Origin: Gekko japonicus
Taxonomy: Eukaryota
Reading direction: 5' to 3'
Assembly (NCBI RefSeq): GCF_001447785.1
Contig: NW_015162477.1
Coordinates: 1,011,564-1,075,563, forward strand
Length of the DNA: 64,000 nucleotides
Program-made: the position numbers and the translations under genes
The notes under the pieces: model-generated
What the model was told of the DNA's origin: nothing
Seen by the model: the letters and a program-made list of their open reading frames with translations, nothing else
Databases searched by the model: none
Shown: positions 51,013 through 62,592 of the stretch, piece by piece
How positions within the stretch are numbered: position 1 is the first letter of the stretch
Layout of the letters: the number at the start of each line of letters is the position of its first letter

Positions 51013-51739
51013 TTACTGTTCTACTGCCCGACCCTTTAGCAAGCAGGACTCTAAGCCCTTTCATTGTGGAGATATAAGGGGAAAGGCAAGGCATAGCTCT
51101 GCAACAAAAGGGTCCACAGACTTACTTTTGTAAAAAAATGAAAGCTGGGAATTCAGTGTTATCATTATGTAATTGCCAATTTACAAAAAAAAAAAACACC
51201 CTGAAAAATCCCTGATTGCTGGAGTGGGTTGGCTGTAGCTCGGGGACTGAGACAGGCAGAGTATGGGGAAATCTGCCACATGGAAACCCTGTTGTCTCTG
51301 TGGTTCATTGGCAGCCAGAACAGCAACAGGACTTCTCCACATGGACAACACCTTACTCAGCAAGGACAACCTCTGTGCTCCCAGTGTGTAGCTGAAAGAG
51401 AACACTTTCATTTTTGTTTTACCATTTCTAATAGGACCTTTCCAACTGGAAAGTGTTTTACAAATATAATCTGTGTGTAATTTATCATTCTGAGTATTCC
51501 TGTAATTTACTAGGCTGCAGGCTACTGTGACAAAATAGTATGGATTTACAAAATACCTTATATTGTGTGAAGGGAAATACATTTTTTACCTATCAGTTCT
51601 ATAAGAAACCAAGGCTAGTTACAATTTCCTATGCATGCAATCAAAAAAGAGATGGGCGTCCCTGTAATACCTTATGAGCTTTCTCTCAAATGTGCACATG
51701 TTGGGTATATATGGATTTCACAAGGTGAGATGTGGTAAG

Positions 51740-52114
51740 CAGGGGTCATTTCCTAGGGGAACGCACAGGAACAGAGCTCCGGCAGTAAGGAGCCCAGGGG
51801 GCGGGCACATGCAACAAGCCCCACCCCTGCTCCCAGCAGCCGTGAGGAGGAAGAGGCAGCCAGGTAAGTTGCAGAGCCCCCCCCCCAGCCCACCTTCAGG
51901 TACAAGCTCTCCCTCCTCTGCGAGGGCAGATCTGGCATGTCCCCCCCTCAATAGCTAGCAATACAAAACAGTCCAGTGGAGCCTGAGTGGTGGGTATTGC
52001 CTTCTGACACACTTCCGGTGATGTCAGGGGGTGGTGGTGGCATATGCAAATAAGTTATGCTAATGAGTTGTGCTAAAGAGCTCCTGCACCTCTTTTTCTA
52101 CTAAATGACCCCTG
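51740..52114. mobile_element. hAT-type MITE
   Basis: TIRs CAGGGGTCATTT / AAATGACCCCTG; 8-bp TSD GTGGTAAG. Confidence 0.88.
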
Positions 52115-52176
52115 GTGGTAAGTATCCTGCAGGCATTCCTCCAGCAAGCTTTACAGCCACAAAAGGATTTGAACCT

Positions 52177-52310
52177 GTTGTTGTGCTTGTTCAGTCGCAC
52201 AGTTGAGTCCAACTCGTCATGAACCACCACATCACATCAGGCCCTCCTGTCTTCCGCCATCCTCCAGAGTTTGCTTTTATTTCATGTTGGTTGCATTGAT
52301 AACACTGTCT
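52177..52310 (-). mobile_element. BovB 3'-end fragment
   Basis: Same 3' end as 58243-58368. Confidence 0.7.
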
Positions 52311-52474
52311 ATCCTGGGTCTCTCCCAAATTTTTGTCCACTGCTTCATACACAGCGCCTTGGCACTAACATGTTAATGCAGTTGATATGTAATAGTTGAG
52401 AATTATAGGTCTTTCAATGTGTATGGTTGTGGTAAGAAATTTGCAAACTCATGTTTTCTCAGAAAGGTACTTCA

Positions 52475-52868
52475 CAGGGCTATTTTTGGGCAGGAAAGCA
52501 CAGGAACTGAGTTCCTGCTGGCTCCCGAGTTGGCCACGCCCAGCAGGAACTAATTAGCATAATAGGCCACACCCAACAGCAGACACTCATTAGGATTGGC
52601 TACATTAGGGGTGTGTGGCCTAACATGCAAAGGGTTCCTGCTACAAAAAAAGCCCTGGGTTTTGACAGCAAACAAGGTAAACAGAATAAGAAGCAAAAGG
52701 TGGGTGTGGCTGGATGACCATACTTCTAGTAATGTGGGGTGTGGCCTAATATGCTAATGAGCTGCTCTGTCAGGGGTGTGGCCCAATATGCTAATGAGTT
52801 CCTGCTGTTGGGTGTGACCTATTATGGTAATGAGTTCCTGCTGGGCTTTTTCTACAAAAAAAGCCCTG
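52475..52868. mobile_element. Compound hAT-like MITE(s) with octamer-like motifs; related copy near 12818-12975
   Basis: CAGGGCT...AAAAAGCCCTG termini; repeated GGTGTGGCCTAATATGC(T/A)AATGAGTTCCTGCT units. Confidence 0.6.
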
Positions 52869-53349
52869 GACTACTTCACATGTTTAGGCTAAGAACATAC
52901 CTGGCCAAGTTTGAAATAATTATATATGTTCCACTGGGTTACACACATGGTATGAGAGAGGAAATTGCTAGCTGCAACTCTCTGTCTGTACCCAGTGAAC
53001 CAAGACCACATATAGTCATTTCAAATGTGACACAGTGCACTTATAACCAGTAATTTGTGAAGCAGCCAAATTTCCAGATTAAGGCAATAGGATTTATTTC
53101 CTGGTACACTGCTGACGACTAAAGGGCCCAGTCAAGCCACTTCTCAGAAGTTTGGTATTTTTAAAGTTACATATAGGCTAAAATTGAACTGGGAAAAGAA
53201 GCTGTAAGGAAATGTTGTAGCCCAATGGTATGATTTGATTAGATTTTTATCCCACCCTTCCTCCAAGACCTTGGAAGCGCATACATTGCTCCCCGCCCAT
53301 CTCCAGGAATTTCCCAACCCCGGAGCTGCCAACCCTGAAAAGCGAGCAA

Positions 53350-54010
53350 AGAGAACAAAACGTCACTGGGCTCGCGGACGGCGCGTCAGACGCGCGCACT
53401 ACTTCTCGCCTGTCACGTGGGAGGGAAAAGTCTCTCTCTCTGGGCCGGAACTGACGGGTAGGGGGCGGGTCCTGGGAGCTGATGGCGACTGCGGGCTGAT
53501 GGTGTTGACGTCTCCTGAGCGTCCCAGGTAAGCGGCCTGCTCGCCTTGTGGCCCCGAGAGGCTGCCACAAATATCGAGGGTTTTCTCGCCTTTGGTCTTT
53601 TCTGCCATTGGTCGTGGCTGTCGTGGCGCGCCAGCCCTCTCCCCGTCCTCCGCCGGTGGGTCGGACTAACGTTTCTCTGCCGCAGTTGAGCGGAAGGAGA
53701 GGCGGCGAGGGAGCCCGTACAGAGGTGACCTGGGGCGGGGTATGGTAGGTGGGGCAGAGGCTTGGGGGTGTACGCGTGGGTGGGCGTCTCGAAGGTGGGG
53801 AGAGAGGAGAGCGCGAGAGAGGAGCGTTAAAGGGCCTGAAATTCCCTTTTTGTTTGCTATGCGGGGCCGTCACGCAGACTGCGAGGGAGCTAGGCCGGAA
53901 GAAGGGGCCGTCGGGGTGAGGAGCGGAAGTCGGGTGGGCCGCTAAAGCGAAGATGTTACAGGGCCCTTCTCGGAGCAGGACAAAGTCTCTTGAGACGTTC
54001 CGCCATGAGT
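53350..54010 (+). promoter_or_regulatory. TAX1BP1 CpG island promoter
   Basis: CpG-dense region with E-box GTCACGTG (53412-53419), ETS-like CCGGAA, GC box GGGGGCGGG and YY1-like ATGGCG. Confidence 0.8.
53450..53527 (+). other. TAX1BP1: TAX1BP1 non-coding exon 1 (start approximate)
   Basis: Strong donor CCCAG|GTAAGC at 53527/53528 inside the CpG island. The next exon has 7 nt of UTR before its ATG, which requires an upstream non-coding exon. Confidence 0.7.
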
Positions 54011-55933
54011 GAGGCGTGTTGAATGTTTTCACTGCCTCTGGAACTACTTGGGAAATGTTTGAAGGAGGCTAACAGCGCCCTCCTAAGCAGGTAGTTTCAG
54101 GTGAGTAGTAGGTGTGTAGGTCTGCAGCAGACAAACTAGATTCGAGTCCAGTAGCACCTTAAAGACCAGCAAGATTTCCAGGGTATGAGCTTTCAGAAGT
54201 GTCTGACCGGGGGAACTTTGACTCTCAGGAGTTTGTACTCTAGAAATCTTGTTAGTCTGTACAGGACTCGAATCTAGGTATCCTAAGTAGAGTTACTCCC
54301 TTCTAAGCTGGTTGATGGTAATATAAAACTGATAGTTTGGTAGAGGGTTCCCCCATTGTTTAAGCAGGAACCAAGCTTTGAAGAGTGGAACAGGAAAATA
54401 AAGGAGTGCAATCCACGCCTCCTTGGTAACACTGTTCTCTAGGCTGCAGCTCAGCCACTCCCTTTAAATCTGCTCAGTGTGAGCTGGATAAACAAGAGGC
54501 CTTCTCTGTTCTGAACAGCTTTCACTTCAGCCTGCTCTAGCAGGCAGCTGCTTGCAGACTTTGGAGAGGGGTTTTTTTTGTGCTTATCAGACACAACAGT
54601 TGCAGGGTTTTTTTTTGCTGACATGTAGGAAGATTGTCTGTGACCCTGGCGTCTGTTTTATCTGTATAGGTTATGTTTTAAAAATTATTTGCTTAAGTTA
54701 CATGAAAGGTTGCAGTCTATTTTGTAGAAAGAAGATCCAGGTATTCTGCAGCCTTTATTTGTGGATTGAGAGAATTGTCAAAGCTTCATACTAATAGAAT
54801 TTTGAATAATATCAAGTGTTTTAATGTGAATGTCATGCAGTGCAGTCCTGTGTGTGTATTTGTGAATGTAAGTTAGCCTAAGCTATATTGAAACATCAGG
54901 GAATCTCTCCCTGTACCTTCTCATTAATCTTGTATCAGGTTGTCTTTCATTTATTATTTCAGTGTCCAATCCTTGATCTACACTTAGGATTTCTGTGGGC
55001 CTTCCATCTGATCCAGTAGGGCTGCTCTTGCATTGTTTGGATGGTAGGCAGTTAAAATTCCTGCTTTCAACACTGGCTTTTCCTTTCCCCCCTTCCTTTG
55101 CAGAGATTCATGGATTATGACCACTTCTGTAGTTTGGGAGGGCACAGGGCTTTTCAGTTTTCTTGCATATTTTGACATGGAAATCCTGTAAAGCTAAAAG
55201 GATTTGAAATGCAAGAGATCCAACCTCTGACATTTCTGTAACTCAAATTACATTAGAATAAGCACAGTGTAAATTAGCAACAGCTGTAACTAGTAGCCCA
55301 GTATTCCTATCTTTGCTGTGCGAATTTTGACATCTGTAGTGGGAGAGAAAATACTAATCTCTGTTGAATCCCATAAATAGATTTGTTGGAATTTTGCACA
55401 GGTTCTTCTTTGATTAAGAGTAGTGCTTTTCACAGACAGTGGTTTTCAGCTGCAGTGTTTCCTTGGAGACTGGAACTCACCAGTATCTTAATGTGGCCAC
55501 TTGGATATCACACTTTGTGTCCCACTGTTGTTTTATATGGAGACTGATCTGTTCATCTTTTGTATACAGCAGAAGGACAGCTTACAGTATAAAGTGACTC
55601 CTGGGTACTATTATGGCCTTGTTACTGTGCCTTTACTTCACTGTACTTTTAAGAATACTAATTTCAATAATATGGTTTGGCTTTAGTTAATTGATTATAT
55701 TGTGTGCTCTGAATGGAGAAGCATGTAGGTACCTACAGTGTATTGATATATATGAATAGCTGATGTTCTATAATTAAGGTTAAGGCAATATTCATTTGAA
55801 ACTGTAGGAAAAGAATCTGGCAAATAATGTATAACTAATGCAATGTGAGTAACGTAATATGTGAAAATCCATTAACACACTACTGCAGGTGTCTATAAAG
55901 CAAACACTGCATGTTCCAGTTCAATATTGAGAC

Positions 55934-56379
55934 CAGGGCCGGCTCGAGGTGTTTCTGCACCCTAGGCGAGGCTGCCTTGTGGTGCAGATGCCAACCTCTC
56001 GGTGGGGCCTGGAGACCTGGAGACCTCTGGAGCCAGCCACCCTTTTGCTACCATTGCCACCACCTCCCCCCCCCCCCCGGACCCAGCGAGTGCACCTCGC
56101 ACATTCCTGCAGTGCCCTCCAAGATGGAAGAGAGATTTCTCTCACGCTCCGCTTCCAAAGGCAGTTTGGGAGGGAGGTGGGGGGGATCCTGTCTCCGGGC
56201 GGGGGATGCTCGCTGGATGCCTCTCCCCAATTAGCGAAGCGCTGACATTTGGAGAGCTGCTCGAGGGTTTTGGTGGGGGGGGAGGCACAGCTTGGCGCCC
56301 TATCCAGGGCCCGCCGCCCCATCTAGGGCCCAGTGCTCTAGGCGAATGCCTAGTTCGCCTAGTGGGTGAGCCGGCCCTG
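55934..56379. mobile_element. GC-rich hAT-type MITE
   Basis: TIRs CAGGGCCGGCTC / GAGCCGGCCCTG; perfect 8-bp TSD ATTGAGAC. Confidence 0.88.
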
Positions 56380-57116
56380 ATTGAGACCATGTGAGAACTT
56401 ACAATGCTGACAGGAATTCTAATGACACCCTAATATTTGCTGCTTTTCAACCAACCAGTCATTGTCCCCGGACTGCCTAGATTTGAAAATGACAGAGATG
56501 AACTTGGAGAAGTAGGCCTGGTCAGTCTTGTATGTGGATTCTGGTATTCCAGGCTAAGTAATGAATGCAGTTATATATTCCATACTTGCATTGGCTAGCA
56601 TGGATCTCAGTGTCTGTTTTACATGCAAGCATGTACTGAAAGCGTGCATGGTGGGTGAAGGGAGAAATTTTATCACTAATATTGTAAAGAAAGATGTTTG
56701 GAGGAAATAATCATGTTGTCATTATGAACAATTGGCCTTGGGAGGGGGAGATGGGAGGACAATCTGCTGAAAATATTTGAAGAGGTTGCCGCAAGGCTCA
56801 GATACACAGGAATAACAGAAAAAAAGAAGAGAGAAACAAAGTCAGTGATATTTGTGAATCAGCTCTGTGGGTTTTACAAAACACTTTATACCCCACAAAA
56901 TAAAGAGTAGAAAGTAGAATCTCTAGTCTGACCATTTTGTGTTCCTGCGTTCTGTGGATTGGAAAGTTGGAAGAATAAAATGATGCTGGAGGAAGTCTGT
57001 ATTATAAAAAAAGGGGAAAATACCCAACCAAAAAAGATAGGATAAACTAAAGTTTGAGAAAACAAAGGAACCATATATGATACAATATACAAGAATGACC
57101 AATTCAGTTGTGTGTA

Positions 57117-57272
57117 AAGTAAAGGTAAAGGTTCCCTTGCTCAAAAGCCAGTCGAATCCGACTCTAGGGTTGCGGTGCTCATCTACGTTTCAAAGCCGAA
57201 GAGCCAGCGCTGTCCAAAGACATTTCCATGGTCATGTGGGCGGCATGACTAAACACCAAGGTGCACGGAACG
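57117..57272 (-). mobile_element. Sauria SINE, 5'-truncated
   Basis: (AAAGGT)n tail on the plus strand; TSD CAGTTGTGTGTA (57105-57116 and 57273-57284). Confidence 0.85.
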
Positions 57273-57743
57273 CAGTTGTGTGTACACAGACAATAACAAT
57301 TTAAGAACAGAATGTGGACTTCTACAGGCAATGAGACAAAGAAAAATACCCTGTATTTTTCAGCAGTCTTTATCAGCAGCTTACACAGTAAGCATAATTA
57401 GTACAGTCACATCCCCCTTAATACAGTAAAAAATCATAATAAAATACAAAGACCAGTTATATGACCCAATTAAAAATGTGCAAAAATGAAAAGGACTTTG
57501 CAACCAGTAAATAAAAAATAATCATAATATACATACTTGGAATGTTATGAATATATGTATGCATATGTAATGCATATATGTATGCATTACACTTTAGATT
57601 TTATGTGTTTTTAAACTGTTTAAGTACTTTTTATCTGAGGTGCCATGAGCCTGCTTCAGTGGGAAGGGCCGGGTATAAATCCAATAAATAAACTTCTTAT
57701 AACAAAGCACCAGGCTTCAAAAATATTTATTATTACTGTGTAA

Positions 57744-57780
57744 GCCACTGATGAAGGCTGTTTGCCAAAATGTGTATGGC
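57744..57780 (+). ncRNA. Decayed minimal type I hammerhead ribozyme (Penelope-type), probably inactive
   Basis: GCCA-CTGATGA-A-GGC-TGTTT-GCC-AAAA-TGTG-TA-TGGC. Stems I and II and the CUGAUGA box are intact; three CpG-type transitions convert GAAACGCGTA to AAAATGTGTA. Confidence 0.6.
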
Positions 57781-58242
57781 ACTTTGTTTTGTCTCATTGT
57801 CTGTGGATGTTTGTATTTCAGTGTTGAATTGTTATCTCTGTAAGTGCTTTGTGCACACAATTGAATTGGACGTTATTTGTACACTAGTAAGTCTACCCAT
57901 ACCTCTATTTTCTAAAAGAGGCTCAGCAATGACCCCCTCCCCCATCTGGAATGGTGCAGAACGGAGGAATACAAATTGGTCTGACTAGAGGTTGCAAAGA
58001 TTCCTTTCTGGTTTTGATTTCTATGGTTTTGATGTGCTATAATTTTTATTTAATTTATTTATTTAAATTTCTACCCCGCCCTCCCCACAAATGGGCTCAG
58101 GGCGGCTAACAAACAATGCACCATATCTGACTTAAGCCATAAACGTCTGTAAGATTTTTAAATACGGAACATGTTTTCTTATTGATTGTTACCAGGCGGG
58201 GGGTGGGATTGAAATACAGAGAGAAGCATGGGAATGCAGCCT

Positions 58243-58368
58243 TTGTTGTTGTTGTTCAGTCGCACAGTTGAGTCCAACTCTTCGCGACCCCATGGACCAC
58301 ATCACGCCAGGCCCTCCTGTCTTCTGTTGTCCTCTGGAGTTTGCTTAATTTCATGTTTGTTGCATTGA
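58243..58368 (-). mobile_element. BovB 3'-end fragment
   Basis: (TTG)n followed by CAGTCGCACAGTTGAGTCCAACTC; TSD AATGCAGCCT. Confidence 0.8.
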
Positions 58369-58809
58369 AATGCAGCCTACATCAGCACAATTCATAATAT
58401 GTGTTTATAAATGCTGAAGTGAGAAATCTTTCTCTTTTCAAGGATTAATTTGGCTCTTAGGCATTTGGAGGGGGGAATGCAGTTAATACACAGCTCTCTC
58501 AAAAGCTTACCTCCAAAGCAGAAACATTCTATTTCATTTGAAGTCCTACTGGTCTCTTTCCAAGGAATTTCTCTCCTGCAGCCAAGCTGCCTGTGGCTTT
58601 TGCCAGTCTTACTTTCTCCTATCCATACATAATTATAGTCATAAATGTGCCTAAAGGTTATAAAGAATTCACATATATTCCTGTGTGTTTCATCTCTTAT
58701 TCTTGCTTTTCTCATTAACTTTCTGTTTAAAAAGTTAACTTTTTTTCCAATTTAATATCACATGAATCTTTGCTGCTCCCAATAAATACTGGATAAATTG
58801 TGGTTATCT

Positions 58810-59232
58810 ACGTGGACCTGCCTTTGAGGTTGACCCAGAAACTCCAGCTGGTATAGAATGCAGTGGCGCGGGTCCTTATGGGGCCCCTGTGTACAGCACA
58901 CAACCATTCTGTGCCGCAAGAGCTGCACTGGCTTCTGGTGGCGCACTGGATCAAGTTCAAGGTTCTGGTGTTGACTTTCATGGCCCTTAATGGTCAGGGA
59001 CCCATTTATCCTCGGGACTGCCTTTCCTGGTATACCCCCAGAAGAGCATTGCACTCAGCAGATCAGAACTTACTGGTGGTCCCCAGCCTTAGGGATATCC
59101 AGCTGTCCTGGGCCAGGGCGTTTTCTGTCCTGGCCCCAACCTGGTGGAACTCTCTGCCAAATAACATTCATGTCCTGCAGTATTCGATACAGTTCTGCAG
59201 GCTGTGTAAGGCAGAGATGTTCCACCAGGCAG
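58810..59232 (+). mobile_element. L2-clade LINE 3' fragment
   Basis: LHWLLVAHWIKFKVLVLTF...RAFSVLAPTWWNSLP motifs. Confidence 0.8.
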
Positions 59233-60498
59233 TGATGCATTGTATTCTTGGTGCTGGGGGAGGGGGGGAAACAGTGGGAGGGCTTCTAGTGTCCTGGCCC
59301 CATTGATGGACCTCCTGATGGCACCTCGTATTTTTGGTTACTGTGTGACAGAATGTTGGACTGAATGGGCCATTGGCCTGATCAAACATTGGCTTCTCTT
59401 ATGTTTTTATGGTTGAGGACAGCAACGGTCTCATCCTTCTGGCACTCCCATTCCCCCCCCCCCCATGTGGCAGTGGCACTACTGGAATTCTCTAGTGCCA
59501 TCTTTTAGATTAATCGGTGTTTTTACTGTTTTAAACTGTTCTTAAATTATATATATTGTGAGTTTACTATGTTGTACACTGCTATGTTGTACACTAATTT
59601 TCATTCTTCCTTTCGAAAGGTAGCTCTGGTTGGTATACATCTTTCCCTTCCGTCTCATCATCCCATGTTTTATTGTCATAATAAAGCTGATGTAGAGTAG
59701 GCTGAATGATACTGCNNNNNNNNNNNNNNNNNNNNNNNNNNNNNNNNNNNNNNNNNNNNNNNNAGGAAGGGTCCTCAGTGTAAGGGAGTTGTTCAATCCA
59801 GTCAGATGACTGACCCAAGGCCACTTAGGTTGCTTCATAGCTGAATAGGGATATGAATCCAGGCATTTCCATTGTGATGCTGTCTCCACAGTATGGCACT
59901 AGGTCTGGTACAACACCTGATGCTTACAGAATATAGCAAAGGGAAAAGTGTGAGGACGGTACCTGGTTTTTTAACACATGATTAAATAAAGAGCTAGGGA
60001 TGCATTAAAGACGCACCACATGTACGGAGGCCACTGTGATTCTCCATAGATAAGCTGAAGGTAGCATAGCATAATTCAACAGAAGTCCAGTGGTACCATA
60101 ACAACTTCCCTTCAAATGAGCTTACAGTTGTATGTTCAGTGCAGAGTAAGATCTACAACAGCTAATTGTTGAGCTTTGTTAACCTCATTTTGGCTTTATT
60201 TATGTTTCCTGGGCTTCTTGTATTGTATCCCAAAATGGTAGCATTGGAAGCTCGTCAGAGCGGTGTTTTGTGTACCTGTTTTGAGAAAAAAAATGTATCT
60301 CTTCAGTGATGTCACCTTCTTATGCAGACAATACAAGTATTATCTGGAGTATGCAGCCTTCCTGTAAATTCACTACTAGTTGAATTTAGATGAAGAGTTA
60401 AAACTGACATGAGAGGAACTCCACTGATGAGCTATTTTGCTTTTCTAGTCTTTAGAGGTCAAGCTAACAGGAATTTAATGTTATCTTACAGATAAACA

Positions 60499-60675
60499 AT
60501 GTCATCCTTTCAAGAAGTTCCATCATCAAGCAGTGCCCTGCAGACTTCGAATTTTGCACACGTAATCTTTCAAAATGTAGAAAAAAGTTACCTTCCTAAT
60601 GTGCACCTTGAATGCCATTACACTTTGACTCCATATATACGCCCCCATCAAAAGGACTGGGTTGGTATTTTCAAG
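60499..60675 (+). CDS. TAX1BP1: Tax1-binding protein 1, first coding exon (start of SKICH domain); exon begins at 60492
   Basis: Acceptor TCTTACAG and donor AAG|GTAAG; encodes MSSFQEVPSSSSALQTSNFAHVIFQNVEKSYLPNVHLECHYTLTPYIRPHQKDWVGIFK. Position next to HIBADH matches conserved synteny. Confidence 0.96.
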
Positions 60676-61462
60676 GTAAGAAATCTTGTAGCATGTTCCA
60701 ATGTAAGTCCTATTTTTTCTGCTACTGGTTTTAAATTAAAAGTAGAAGGTGCTCCCCTGTGAGATGGTATAAAGTGGTGGAGACATTCTTCTACTTTATG
60801 AACAAAGATAGTTATGTGGCCATTTTACTTTATTATTGTACCCAAATTTCTATCTTTTTGATAGTCTTTAAGGTGCTACTGGACTCTCGCTCTTTTCTAC
60901 AACTCTTGCATGTGAAACAAAAATCTGCCTGTCCTCCAAAACTATATAAGAGCCTGCTGCATTGAAGGTCCATCTAGTCCAGCGCTCTGTATCCTGTGGG
61001 GCCAACCAGATGCCCCAGAGGCCTGCAAGAAGTGTATGGAGGCTAAAAATTTCCCATTTCTCCCATCCAAGTTACCGCTGTTCAATTTACTGGTCATAGG
61101 TAATTGCTACTAGACCCAGCCTTCGAGAACTTGTCTAATCCCCTTTTAAAACCATCTAAACTAGCAGCTTCTTCTATATCTAAAATGCTCTATCAAGGTA
61201 TAAAATACCAAATCCAACATTCTGCTTCCAGTTGAAGAACACTCCAATGTCCCAGGATAGCTTAAGAACTTAACTGGAGAAAAGGGAGCACATTTCGGAC
61301 CCCAGCTATCTCCTGAATTAGAAGTAGTTAGTGCGATAGAATGAAAGTTTCTTCTGTAGCTATAAAATGGGGAGCACTGGGTGTTGGTGGATATGACTAT
61401 TCTTGGTTTCAGATTGATTGTGCTGGACACCATATTAGAGTGTATCAAATTTTCATTGTGAA

Positions 61463-62592
61463 GGCTTCCGGTTTTTGGTGACCTGAATGCTTTGGAGCTC
61501 CGGGGACGCGATCCGTGACCCGGCGGATGGGAAGGGGTGCAATTGTCCGCACCATGCCTGGGGCCCCTGCAGGGAGCCCTCAGCCATGGAGCGTGAGAGG
61601 TGCCGCTCCCAGGGCATGCTGCCGAGGGACTGAGAGACCTCTGTGCTCCGACAGTCCCGCCGCCATGGATCCAGCAATGGTGATAGGGGCGCACACTGGG
61701 ACAAGCAAACAGTGATCAAGCGAAACCCTTACCTCAGCATGATCTACAACAAAGTGTGAGTCTTTCTTGTTAAAGCAAAACATCCGGATAAACATCCAAG
61801 CGAAAATACCCCCCCCCCCCGATAAGCGGTGCGGAGGATTCACTCCGTGGTTAAACAAAAGCCGATTCCAGTGCATTTTATGGGGGGGTCAGGACTATAA
61901 GCAAATAAAAACTAATGTAAAGAACATTTGAGAGAAAACGGCATAAACTTTCAAACAATAGAGACTTTTGAAACTTTTCTGAAAAGTAAACAACTAAAAG
62001 ATGGCAGGGAGGAGAGTTGTGCCGAAAATAAAATCTTCTTCAAGAAACGGCAGCCCAGCCACTCCAGTCACGTGACCGGAAGTAGCTACAGACCTTCCTG
62101 GTATGATAGCAGTGGCATTGTGACCTCTGCTGGACCAATTGACAACTTTGAACCAGAATTTTGCAACTCAACAAAGCCAGATGGAAGACACTAAGCAGAA
62201 GACAGAGCAAACAGCAACAGCAGTTAAGGAAGTTGATGCCAAAGCTAATAAGCTTCAAAAGCATGTAGACAAAGTGGAAAAAAAGAGAATCTCCGATGAA
62301 CTTCAACTTTTACAGCTACAAATGGAAAAGTCAAACTATGTTTTGAGATTCCAAGGAGTTCCAGAGATTAAAGGGGAAGACCTTAAAAAGACTTGGGACC
62401 GGTTGCAGATTTGGAAGCGGATTTTCTTCAAAGCAAGATTGATATGGCCTACAGGACATATTAAGAATATATATATAAAAAATAATCTGCCCGGTAAAAT
62501 TTATGTGAAGTTCTCCAAAAGGCATATCAGACCAGATACTTAAAGCGACTAATGGAACTACCTTAAAAATCAAAGACAGAGAAATCTAAGTA
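61463..62592 (+). mobile_element. Diverged, degenerate L1-ORF1-type element related to the ORF1-only family; interrupted by another insertion
   Basis: Starts GGCTTCCGG with a GC-rich UTR. ATG at 62001 gives MAGRR..., then in-frame stops, LQMEKSNYVLRFQGVPE and NNLPGKIYVKF. Confidence 0.75.

Noticed and set aside
53247-54032. 261-aa minus-strand ORF at the TAX1BP1 promoter
   Set aside because: Pro/Arg-rich with no recognisable domain; long ORFs are expected by chance in a stop-poor CpG island.
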